In this document: positions 42,550-58,141 of the stretch, piece after piece | Layout: each line of letters starts with the position of its first letter | How positions within the stretch are numbered: the stretch's first letter is position 1 | Assembly (NCBI RefSeq): GCF_964204645.1 | Contig: NC_134030.1 | Location: 6,614,778 to 6,678,777 of the forward strand | Direction of reading: 5' to 3' | DNA: 64,000 bases | Source: Tubulanus polymorphus | Taxonomy: Eukaryota > Animalia > Nemertea | The notes under the pieces: model-generated | What the model was told of the DNA's origin: nothing | Databases searched by the model: none | What the model saw: the letters and a program-made list of their open reading frames with translations, nothing else | Made by a program: the position numbers and the translations under genes

Positions 42550-45500
42550 CTACGCGGTAATCTGACGCGCGATCAATTCTTTCATTATCTCGTTACTTCC
42601 TCCGTAGATGGGTTGAACTCTCGCGTCGACGAAAGCTTTCGCTATCGGATATTCCCACATGTATCCCCATCCTCCATGAAGCTGTAAGCAGCGGTCGGCC
42701 ACTTTATTTTGTAAATCGGTGACGCTGAAAGTAACAATAATTTTCATAACAATGATCACCAGTGACTAATTGAATGTCATCTTCATACCACCGCAGAGCC
42801 GTCGGAAGGAATTTTTCAGTGGCGAGGCTTATTTCTGAAGGGGTGCTGGGGCCAACCCCTAGAAAAATTTTGAAAATTCAATCGCCGGAGATGCGTTTTG
42901 GGGCTATTTCTTGGTCTCACAGAAGCATGAGAAGTCGAGAACCAAACACCTAGTACAGAGAACGACGAGCTGCTGCGCGGTACAGCGTGCTTTTGATAAA
43001 AATTTTGTTAAGCAAAAAAGTGGCTTTGGCCACCCCTGTTCCCACAGCCCTGCACCGCTATAGGTTTGAAATCATATGGGCATTGCTAGTTTCTATATAG
43101 TTTCCATAGTTTGTATTTATCGAAGATTTGTATGTTTATAGATACCAATATGTTATCCATCTTAGGTCACTTCGAATTCTACCCGATAGGGGGAAATTTT
43201 CTCGAAAACGTTCGCAATATACTTAGCTTAAGCTTACTCATTCGAAAATGAGATTTATCATCTTTCACCAGGTTGTATTGAAAAAACAAAGGTATACGCA
43301 CTAATACTTAGCCATAGATGCCATTCCTGAGTCAAGTTTCTTTTTTGAGTGCAAGTCGTAGCACTGATCAACGAATGCTCGCGATACGCAAATTTCGGTT
43401 TTAATCTCAGCCAGTTTGTGTTGAATGGTCTGGAAATTTAACGAGTAGATATTGTCACCAAATTCAATGTCTAAACCTTTTTCAAACTTATTCCTAAAAA
43501 CTTGTGATCGATGTTCAGTATATTGTTAATAGACCCTGAATCTCAGTAAATAAACTGACCTGTAAATGTGAAATAGTTTTCCCGAAGGCCTTTCTTTGTT
43601 TGACGTAATTTCTCGTTTCTTCGAACATGAATTCAGCATTCGCCTGTCCGATTCCCGCTATCAGTAAACGCTCCTGGGGTAACTCTTGCATCAGATAATA
43701 GAATCCTTTATTGGCCTCGCCAAGCAGAGCCGACTGCGGCAAGCGAACATCTTCGAAGAACAACTCTGCCGTATCCTGAGCGAAAAAAGACGTAACAAGA
43801 AGAATTTCTCATCAATATCACGAAGAATTTTCGAATGTTTTCATCAAAAATGTCTTCTTCACTGACTTGAGCTTTCAGTCCAATCTTGTTGAGGATTTTT
43901 CCCTTTTTGAAACCTTCCATTCCTTCCTCGACGAGGAATAAACTGATGCCGTGAGCCGGCGATTTCGATTCGGGATTGGTAACGGCGACGACGATCACCA
44001 CATCGCAGTTACCGCCGTTCGTTATGAATACTTTACTACCGTTCAGGATCCAATCATCTCCGTCGCGTTTCGCATTCGTACGAACTCCTTGCAGGTCGCT
44101 ACGAAAAATAGAAGGAAATCGATTCAAAACATTCAGATTGTATTTGTTAAAAAAACAAAAAATTTCATGCACTACGGTAGAACTCGTTAAATTCGGATTA
44201 TTCAATTCGGTCTTTCACTTAATCGGGATGAAATATTTGGTTTCACTTATTAATAATTCGGATTTTACTCAATTTGAAGAAATCTGGGCTGTCCCTAGTC
44301 GTCCGAATTACAGTGAGTTCTACTGTACAATATACTACCCACCAGTTGAATCTGACTTTGTAAGGTTACTATTTAACTCAGATATTCTAACAACTTTCCC
44401 TGACCCTTCCGTCCATATGGCAAACATTTTGATTTTTCAGGCCATCAATTTACACAATAATCCCAAATCTTCCAGCATGGAAATTCATATTTACCAAATA
44501 CCTACCTACCGGCTCCCGGTTCTGTCATGGCGATTGCACCTATGCATTTACCAGCAGTCATAGCTGGTAGGAATTTATCCTGCTGTTCTTTTGTTCCGTA
44601 GTTAGTGATGTACGTCATTATGATATCAGAATGCAGCGCAAAGCCTGGACCTGTGCAGTTTGAGTAACCCCTAAATACAAGAACGTTTTGATAATCAATG
44701 TGTTTAATGCGGGCTAATGGGTTGATAAATTCAGCTAATAAAATACATACTGTTCTTCCCAGGTGATTGCTGCATAAAGAATATCAGCTCCGAGACCTCC
44801 CAATTCAGCAGGTGTATTTACCCCCAACAGACCCTGACTGCCAGCTTTCTCCCATAACTAAAAATATAAATGTCTGACTGTAGTCAATCCCGCCAAGATT
44901 GTCTTATATTGCAAAATTGGGATATAAATATTTCAACAATGAGGACTCAGTAGTTGAGTCTGGCAATCGGATTTGTGGCAAGCAAGGATCCATCCACCAA
45001 GCGGTGCTAGTGTGCATGAGCCATAGATGCCAGATTTCAAATATCAAATCTATAATTCATAATTTTCATTGAGTTGTCGGATTTAGTGAAGTTCGGTAAG
45101 CCATCTATCTGACACAATAGCCGGTGCAACAAGGCTGAAACAATTTGTTAAACACACATCAGCAAAGGTTATTATCAAGGATCTAAACATAGGCCAACCT
45201 ACCTCTTTTGGACAGCGACCAACCTTTTCCCACCTACAAAATCAAAAACAAATTCTACTACATAGCCTACAATAGAACTTGCATAATGTAAACTATTATT
45301 CATTATTTGGATTTAAATTAATGGTCATCCGAATTACAGTGAGTTCTACAGTAGTACACCCTAGATAGTCTAGAAGGCCTACCTCTAGCCGTCGTTCCCC
45401 AAACAACGTTGTAGGCCGGGAACCCATAACAATGACTGGTATTCAGAATAGCATCTAAAGGGTGTATGTTGTAGTTTAAGATATCACTAAGTTTATAGCT

Positions 45501-46233
45501 GGAGTGGGAAATCTGTAAGAGATCAATTTGGTACCCTGTCTCAATTTTTTGAACCCCTTCTTGCCACAGGGGCTCGTCACGATAGCTGGGGGTCCAAAAT
45601 CAAAGATTTGACCCAGTATCCTAGGTACCACTTCTTTTTTTATAGGTGGTACCTAGGATACTGGGTCAAATCTTTGATTTTGGAACCCCAGCTATCGTGA
45701 CGAGCCCCTGTGACAAGAAGGGGTTCGACTAGACTACACAGGGGCTTGTTACCATAGCGAGGGGGGTCGAAAATCAATGATTTGACCCAGTATCCTAGGT
45801 ACCACCTATAAAAAAAAGATTATTAACGTTTTTTATAGGAGGTACGTCTAGGATACTGGGTCAAATCTTTGGATTTTGGACCCCCGCCAGCTATCGTGAC
45901 GAGCCCCTGTGACTAACTTACTCATCGTGATGTGGTACAACTTCCTCTTGAAAAAACCGGCGGCAAGTTTGTCGAAAAATATCGTGGTCTTCAGTGAATA
46001 GCGATCTCGTCCCGAAATCCGTAAGGGCTGACGACTGGCCGATCTCTGGGCGGAATGATGATGAATTTCTGTTGGAAATTGGGAAAAATTGAGTGGGAAA
46101 TGAGAATTATAACCGACGGCGACTTAAAGTCTATCAATAATTACCTAAGTTGCTGCAGCAATGTTGAATGGAATTTAGTGCGAGTAAAACAGCTCGATAT
46201 GGAGTGTATCAATCTATAGTTCGAAATTGCCAT
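42550..46233 (-). CDS. ACADL: Long-chain specific acyl-CoA dehydrogenase, mitochondrial; multi-exon
   Basis: Transit peptide, GPGFALHSDIIMTYI, IAMTEPGAGSDLQGVRT, ILNGSKVFITNG, YYLMQELPQERL and CLQLHGGWGYMWEYPIAKAFVDARVQPIYGGSNEIMKELIAR. Confidence 0.95.
45551..45911. mobile_element. Two adjacent fold-back MITEs (CACAGGGGCTCGT...ACGAGCCCCTGTG) in ACADL intron 2
   Basis: Palindromes at 45551-45726 and 45737-45911 share GATTTGACCCAGTATCCTAGGTACCAC arms. The second is flanked by ACTA on both sides. Confidence 0.85.
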
Positions 46234-46299
46234 TTTTTACAACGAAAACTTAGCTAAATCTATTGAATAGGGCCTACGTAAAAAAATTAAACAGGTTAA

Positions 46300-47054
46300 A
46301 CTGCAGCTATGCAGCGTGTCCCGTGAGAGGACCTGGGGCCTGTGACGGGACATCCTTGTCCCGTCACAGGTCCCGATAGAAAATGAAAACTTTGCATTTC
46401 ATAGACGAAATGTCGAAAGAAACTGCACTCGATTGGTTACTATATACACTCAAAATAATGTTAAGAACATGTTAATAATCGAAAGTTGTTCGTAATTTTA
46501 TTATTTCAGATCAATGATATCATCAAATCGAAACATTAAATGTAATAATGAAGATCGGATCAAGAGAAGACAGAACCACAGCTATCGAAATTTCAATTTT
46601 TAGTGTATAGACTGACTCATATCGAAAATAAAGTGAATGTATCTTGACAATTTTGGTGCCAATGGTGTTAGTAACCGTTTGTTAAGCGTTACACTGCAAA
46701 CAAAAGTAAAAGTGGAGGGGGCAACTTAATGGCCCTACTAGATCACTAGTCTCTCGAGAGAATTCCAAGTGAGAGGACCCGATTCAACACACTGTCCCGT
46801 GAGAAGACCCGATTTCACATACTGTCCCGTGAGATGACCCGATTTTAAATACTGTCCCGTGAAAGGACCCGATTTTGAATACTGTCCCGTGCCCGGTTTC
46901 AAATGTCCCGTGAGAGGGCCCGATTCAACACACTGTCCCGTGAGAGGACCCGATTTTAAATACTGCCCCGTGAGAGAACCCGAATCAACTTGCTGTCCCG
47001 TGAGAGGGCCCATGTCCCGTCACAGGCCCGGGTCCTCTCACGGGACGCTGCAGT
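46300..47054. mobile_element. TTAA-flanked non-autonomous TIR element with an internal ~30-bp minisatellite (~46767-47020)
   Basis: TTAA|ACTGCAGC..GTCCCGTGAGAGGACC at the left end and GGTCCTCTCACGGGACGCTGCAGT|TTAA at the right end. About 8 tandem copies of TGTCCCGTGAGAGGACCCGATT. Confidence 0.8.
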
Positions 47055-47191
47055 TTAACTCATATGAAAAAAATGTACGCCAGTGTAGCTGTCATCAGAT
47101 ATTAACCGTCACGTGCTGCTCCTATACGTTAACGGCGAATATGTGAACTAGATTTATATTCGCTTGCCACAGTTAGTAACAATTTTTTTTA

Positions 47192-51641
<4,450 letters not shown>

Positions 51642-54080
51642 TGGCCGTGTTATCAATTGATTGGTAGATTTGGTTTTATTTGTTTTGATTTGGTGCCACT
51701 ACACATTCCCACCACACACCTGCCTGATTTTGAAATCGGAAAACAGACTCTTAAGGTAAATGAGGTTTTCCTGACACTAAGTCCCGTAGACTTAAATTGA
51801 ATACGCATTAGAAAACAGAACAGCACTGAAACTTGGAATGACAAAAGATGCACTGCAATGAAATAGACATAAAATGAAAATTATTTGTAAAGTTACCTGA
51901 ATTTCAAATCAATTTGAAAGGAGGCGTTTATGCGCATATTTCATATTTTAAATGGCTCTCATGTATAGCTATTGTTGCAAATATGGAAAAATTCATGAAT
52001 TTCATATACCCCAAAAATGGCGGCTAGCTAACTGTAGAATGGTTACTTCTTTCTAAATAATATTTGGTGGATTGTCATACACCGCAAGGGGGCTGATGTG
52101 CACCCACAGGGCAATTACCTACACTGGGTGTGACATCTAGACATCTCAGTTACCAAGAAGCGAGGAATAAAGGCATTATATCAAAACTGCTAGACCCATC
52201 CTTGGATTATACATTAACACATTCTATGCTATTACACAATGAGTTCCAGTAATTCCTTAATTTAAGGTGAGGCCTGACTCAATCACAATCCGCAGATGTT
52301 ACGCCAAATTGGAAATAACAAATTTATTGTCACACTATTATGTGACGAGATTTCTAAAAAAAACAAATTCTTTTAATCATTGGTAAGCTGCGCTACGCTG
52401 TGTGACGAATCAGTGTCGTATCAATTTTTTCGTGGCTCGGTTTCACTTAACTTAGTTCCCGCTGACGACCCGCGAACAGTTGTTGTTAGAGTTCGCTGTC
52501 TCCTCGATGTCGAGCTCATGATATGACACACCGCAGTATTATATCGATGGATTCGCATCAATGCTGAAGGTACGTAATATGTATTTTTTTTCGTTTATGT
52601 TGTCACGTTTCATTAAAGATGTTGCGTTCTTTAAATCAAACACCTTTCTTTCATGCTTTAACGCTTTTATAATAAAACGCGTGGGTAGTTACGTAGTATT
52701 CTGCAACATTTTCTCCGTTGAGTCGGCTCTTGGCTCCAAAATACAGTGCTGATTTTTATTGAATCAACATATTGTTATAGCAATCATACTTCTGACAGCG
52801 ACAAAGAATGTTTCTCAAAATATATGCTCGCGGTGAAAATTTGGGCCCAGGTAAATCCCATAGAACTCAAATACATTTTCATGGTAAACCCATGCTATGG
52901 AATGCAGTGGTGAATCCGTGGGGGGGGGGGTGACTGGACAACCCCCTTATATGTCGCGGTCTTTTAAAATTCCATCTTCAAATATTCTGGACTGAATATT
53001 TCCTGAAGAAAGATACAAATCAAGATTGTACAACTGAAAAAATTACCTAAATTTTGTTGTAACAATTATAGGTATCTTACCAAATCTAGACGGTCTAAAA
53101 AACATTTTGTGGTTTAGGCCCTAAATTTCTTGATAAAAGCCGGCATCCCTCCCCCATTTCCTTTGACCCAGTATCCGCCCCTGATGTAAGTAGTTCACCG
53201 CGTGAATGCGTGCAATTAGTCCAATCCATTAAAAGAGCGATTACACGAAAGAGATTACACAGCAGCAAATCACCGCTATTAATCACCGCTCACTACTACT
53301 CATCGGTATAATTTGACACTATTATTAAATTGATCTTAATCAAATGAAACAAATCTACGATAGAAAGTAATGCATTAATGTGTTTTTTAAAGGGTTTGAT
53401 GTGTGCATTATGATGAAAAGAACTATAAAGGAAAAAAAAGTGTTGGCCAGTTTATTTATTGCAACATTCTAGGCAGAACTAGGATTATATTATACCTAAA
53501 AATATGGCTTTGAAGTAACAAATAAACTGCGACCAAAACGTTTTTCTCTTTTAGTTGTTATCAGGCACATGGCCGGATCATACAAAAGCTCCCATCATTC
53601 GTGTCACAACAAAAAAAACAGGTTTATACATCATTCTCTCCAAGATTTGTGGTGATCACATCGCTCTACTACCTCGGAAGTGTTTTAGTGTCCATGGTTA
53701 CAACTTCAACAGGATTCCCGTTAGAAGTACTAACTTAGGACCATCCTCTAATTTGACGAAGATGAGATATGAGAATGAATGGCCGATGTGGCTAATCCGC
53801 GGGGTAAATTCGACCTTTTGTCACTAATAATCTCAGAGCGCACATCAACGCACGTTTCTAGTTAGCGTCAAAGCGACTGGTGAGTGAATGGTTGCTTACG
53901 GCCATGGACGTATTAACTAGATTATACGTCCATGCTCCGGCCTAGAACCGATGCAGCGAAATCGATATTACCTTTCAAAAAGTATTTCTAAGTTCAAGAT
54001 GATTCGTTTCATGACTGATAGATCTATGTAAGGGATGCCCTGCTTAGCTATTGGATTGAAAGGTTTTGTTGTTTTAAGCA

Positions 54081-54385
54081 TTTACAGATCAACAGTATTA
54101 AAAACCGATGATTTATTGAATCAAAAAATATATTTAAAGACACACGACGTTCCGAACTGGTTTTTCTTCGCATAATTCTCTTCTTTGAATGTATATATAT
54201 ATATATATACTTCATGCCTTGCCGTAACCGCTAATTCTCACTCAGAAATCCCCCAACCCTGTATGTTCTTAATAAGTTATCCCTCACACCTGACGATGAT
54301 CTCGGGAGAGTTCGAAACGTCGTGTCTTTTGATATATATTTTTTGATTCAATAAACTATTTCTTTTTATACTTTTAATCTGTGAA
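54081..54385. mobile_element. Penelope-like fold-back element with a hammerhead motif
   Basis: Arms 54081-54157 and 54310-54385 are imperfect inverted repeats. The hammerhead core overlaps the right arm. Confidence 0.7.
54286..54325 (+). ncRNA. Minimal type I hammerhead ribozyme motif (Penelope-type)
   Basis: ACAC-CUGACGA-U-GAuCUC(GGGA)GAGuUC-GAAA-CG-UC^GUGU: stem I, intact core, GNRA-capped stem II and a palindromic ACGU stem III. Confidence 0.7.
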
Positions 54386-55293
54386 AAGTCGGTTTTTTAT
54401 TATATCGTCTAGACTCCACGTTTCATCGTGGCTATTCTACCATGAACTTTTAGAATCCACGGTGAAATCGATTGTATCTCCTTTTCGAGCCGAACATTCC
54501 ACTTCGCATTGCTGTTTAGCTATACTTGATTGAAGGGGAGTAGTCGAATGAATCACTCTAATCCTGATTGAAAGTTTTGTTGTTCTAAGCGTTATGAGAA
54601 GTCGATTGTATTTTCGAGTCGGCCGAATAACGCAAATACGGTTAACATAACTAGCGTCAGGAAACAACGCGTGTTGATTCCTTTTGTTCAAAATTCGTTG
54701 CGCTAATTCGCATTTATTTACAAATAATGGATGAAAAGGCTAATGGTATTTGCATATTTCACTCGCACACGCATTTCTCAGCGAGTCTATGTCAATAATC
54801 ACCCGCAAGGGATTTGAAGACCGTCAGAAATCAGTGTATTTATCAGTTAAAGGAATCAATGACGCTATTTTCGTACGCTTGTTTTTCGTCCATTTCTATC
54901 ATCCATCATCACCAGCATTGAACTTTCATCCATCATCACCAGTTTTCATTGTATGACCTCGGAACTAAAAATCACGTGATAGATATTTTGGTTAACTCTG
55001 GTATAAATCGGATTTATAACGTGGATATTTATTGATAAATAAATGAAATCGATTTTCTATGAAACTGAAACTATAAGTCAGATATATTGTATCGGCTCTG
55101 GCAGGGATAGATTTGCCTCATATGGATCGACGGTGACATTAAGGTGGGCAGGAGTAACCAGAAACGTTAGAAATACGAGTTCGTTCACAATTAGGTTCAT
55201 TCGACTACTGGGGAATCGTTCGTGGGTGGGGTGTGGGTTATACCTCCACGCCTATTTCATTCTTTTATAATCTCTTTTTGGACATGGGAATTA

Positions 55294-55766
55294 CAGTAAA
55301 CCTCGCATAAGTCGAATCTGCAAAAGTCGGATAAACGGACAAGTCGTATAAATTCAGAGGTCTCTTTTTTTCTTCTTATTTTCAAGTAAATGTGTCCGTC
55401 CCAAAGTCGGATTTTACTATAGGCGGAAACTCGCCTATGTCGTAGTGTAAAGTGTGATCCCAAAATATAAAATCTATACAAATTGTTGTCTCAAAGTCGG
55501 ATCATATATTAATCATGTATAAAATTACACTATTCGTTCAAATGTTAAAATAGGCTTCATCATAACCAGGATATTATGTTGAAATAGTAAATAAATAAAC
55601 ATGTGAGTTTCATTCATTTTCATGTTTTATTCTTATTCCATTCAGTGATGTTTTTCAATGGCCATATCGGATTTTTCACTAAAAAAGTGAAAAATCCGAC
55701 TTGCCCATATTCTTACTCGGATTTCGTTGCTGGTCCCAAATGATCCAACTTATTCAAGGTTTACTG
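55294..55766. mobile_element. Tc1/mariner-type MITE (TA|CAGTAAACC...GGTTTACTG|TA); related elements at ~30478-30815 and ~44174-44326
   Basis: CAGT termini with a TA duplication. Copies share AAGTCGGAT and GGGACCA subterminal motifs. Confidence 0.7.
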
Positions 55767-55889
55767 TATTTACTTCGATTAGAATTGCGTAAAAATTGGC
55801 ACATTATACAATTCTTAATCATCGAACTACGTACTCTGAAATATTAATGTATTCATTTTGCAACTATTTGCAGGTTCGTGCATCGCAAA

Positions 55890-57137
55890 ATGGAAAACTC
55901 GTCGACCAAGTTGCTGCTAGCTAATGAAACTTTATCGCCACCCAATTCTATCGATACACAATCTAACAAACGAACAGTTTACGATATAGCGATCTACGGC
56001 GTTTTTCTATTCGTTATTATGATGTTTAGCATGTTCGGAAATATATTCGTCATTATCGTCACCTTCAGAACGCCGAAACTTTCAGCGCAAATCGCCAATA
56101 TGTTTTTGATCAATCTCGCCGTGACAGATTTGTCTAATTCGGCGCTCGTCATGTTACCGTCGTTTGTGGCGTTAATACAAGACAAATGGATGCTGACGTT
56201 CGCAATTTGTCAACTTCAGTGCAGCCTTAATTACGTTTTCATTATCGTCTCCATGTTGACTTTGGCGTTCATTAGTATTGATAGGTACGTCGCTATTGTT
56301 CATTCACTACGATATCCCGTACTGATGAAGAAATCCTACGTGATAGGGCTAATCGTGTACACGTGGTTTCAGGGCGTTCTATTCGCCATCGCTCCGGTTA
56401 TCGCCGATTGGGTTCATTTCGACTATTGGGAAATCGTTTGCGCCATAGACTGGTTCGTAAAGTCTAACGGGATCATCGTCTACGTTATCGTCGCCAACCT
56501 GTTATGTTTTATGGCACCCGGGGCCATCATGGTGTTCACCTACTATAAGATCATAGCGGTGACGAAAAAGCTGAAGTCGCAAGTTTTCGACGTCCGCACT
56601 AAACAAATGAAACGTTCGTTAACTGCTTCGAAAACGATCACCAGTTTGATCGTCGTGGTCGTCGTGTTTTTCATATGTATGACGCCGTTCTGTTTGACGA
56701 AGCTTTTCAAGTCGATTTTTCGCACGAACCTGAACGCGGTACCTCCGCATTTGAACACGGTCAGCGCTCTGATTCAATACACGGCCAGCGCTACGAATCC
56801 TTTGATTTACGGTATTTTCCGCAAGGACTTCCGCGCTGCCTTCATCAAACAGTTGCAAAAGATCGGATTGTGCAAAACTTTGACACCCGACGACGATTCC
56901 TTTCCGTACGCTTCGTCGTCAGCGCACATGAATCGTATTGGGAATATTGGTCGCGGTATTGAAGCTTCCGGTCACATTGAATCGGTTAATCCCTCCGAAT
57001 GTGTCGTCGTCACCGCAGACAGGAAAATATTCCAAGAAACTCCCCGGGATAGAAATGGCAATAGTGATCATTCGCCCGTTATCAGCGACGGAATAATAAG
57101 CGGATCAGAAATCCTATCGTCAAGCCCGAAAAAATAA
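55890..57137 (+). CDS. Class A (rhodopsin-family) orphan GPCR, single coding exon; amine-receptor/GPR161-like
   Basis: Seven hydrophobic segments with GN, NLAVTD, DRY, CMTP and NPLIY motifs. A splice acceptor at 55873 precedes the ATG at 55890. Confidence 0.92.
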   Translation: MENSSTKLLLANETLSPPNSIDTQSNKRTVYDIAIYGVFLFVIMMFSMFGNIFVIIVTFRTPKLSAQIANMFLINLAVTDLSNSALVMLPSFVALIQDKWMLTFAICQLQCSLNYVFIIVSMLTLAFISIDRYVAIVHSLRYPVLMKKSYVIGLIVYTWFQGVLFAIAPVIADWVHFDYWEIVCAIDWFVKSNGIIVYVIVANLLCFMAPGAIMVFTYYKIIAVTKKLKSQVFDVRTKQMKRSLTASKTITSLIVVVVVFFICMTPFCLTKLFKSIFRTNLNAVPPHLNTVSALIQYTASATNPLIYGIFRKDFRAAFIKQLQKIGLCKTLTPDDDSFPYASSSAHMNRIGNIGRGIEASGHIESVNPSECVVVTADRKIFQETPRDRNGNSDHSPVISDGIISGSEILSSSPKK

Positions 57138-58141
57138 ACTCGTAATAGTCTGAGCCTATAAACAAACGCTGCGTAACCACCTGTAGCAAACTAAAATCGT
57201 ATTCTGTTCTCGCTATAGGGGCTGAGCCCTAATGTCCCCGTCTCTCCCAACGCACTGATCAAACTGATGTATTTTAATTGTGCCTTAGTGCCATGTTGTA
57301 CTTCTTATGTATTGAATAGATATTTGTTTATAATCGTTTAAGTAAGATTTCTTGTTGCGAAGAGATATGTATCAGCCATGGCACTGCCCGGATCTCTTAG
57401 GTGGCCTGACAACCTGTAGAGCGGTGAAATAACGACAATCCCCTCGCGAAAAAAGATGAATTTGAACAACCGATACAACACGGCATCGTTCAAGTAAATA
57501 TTCTTTATTCAAATTATGCAATATGTCAGTATACATAACTTATATTACACATATAAGAAAATATTTAAAAAGATAACATTTCAATAAGGTTAACTACTAC
57601 ATACAACCTCTTCGTACAAAATTGGGGTCAATATCACAGATCAGCTGGAAAACACGTTTATATTAATTAAATCATGATTAGACGCCTTTGGGTTGTAGAT
57701 GGGAAAGCATTAAGTGAAGCAAATTATGATCATTCTATTATCATTATTAGTTTAGCTATGATATTCAAAACACTTAGAGATAACTAAACTCGTTTGAAAT
57801 ACATAATTCGATATTTAAAAAGGCTTAAAATACACGTGATTGATTACATTCTTGAGTTGTAATGCTAGAGAACGAGGCGAATTTCCAATTCAAGTGCTAC
57901 TTATCATTTTATCATTATTTAACAGATATGTGGTCTGAGCGTGATAAATGCTGAAAACGCATTGGAAGAAATTAATCATTTGAGGCAAAACATCGATAGA
58001 ACTAAAGAGAGTCCTCTGTCAAAAAAATGCGATCAGTGCATGTCACTTACCCGCGCGTAGTCATGGAGTTGCGTGGTGTACCAATGAACGAAACTTCCTT
58101 CCGCATCATGACATGATGTTGTCGTAGTTTTTTAGCAAATA

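Noticed and set aside
46738-47146. Repetitive ORFs and a CRISPR-like look of the 30-bp repeats
   Set aside because: This is a minisatellite inside a MITE. There are no unique spacers and no cas genes, and the context is eukaryotic.
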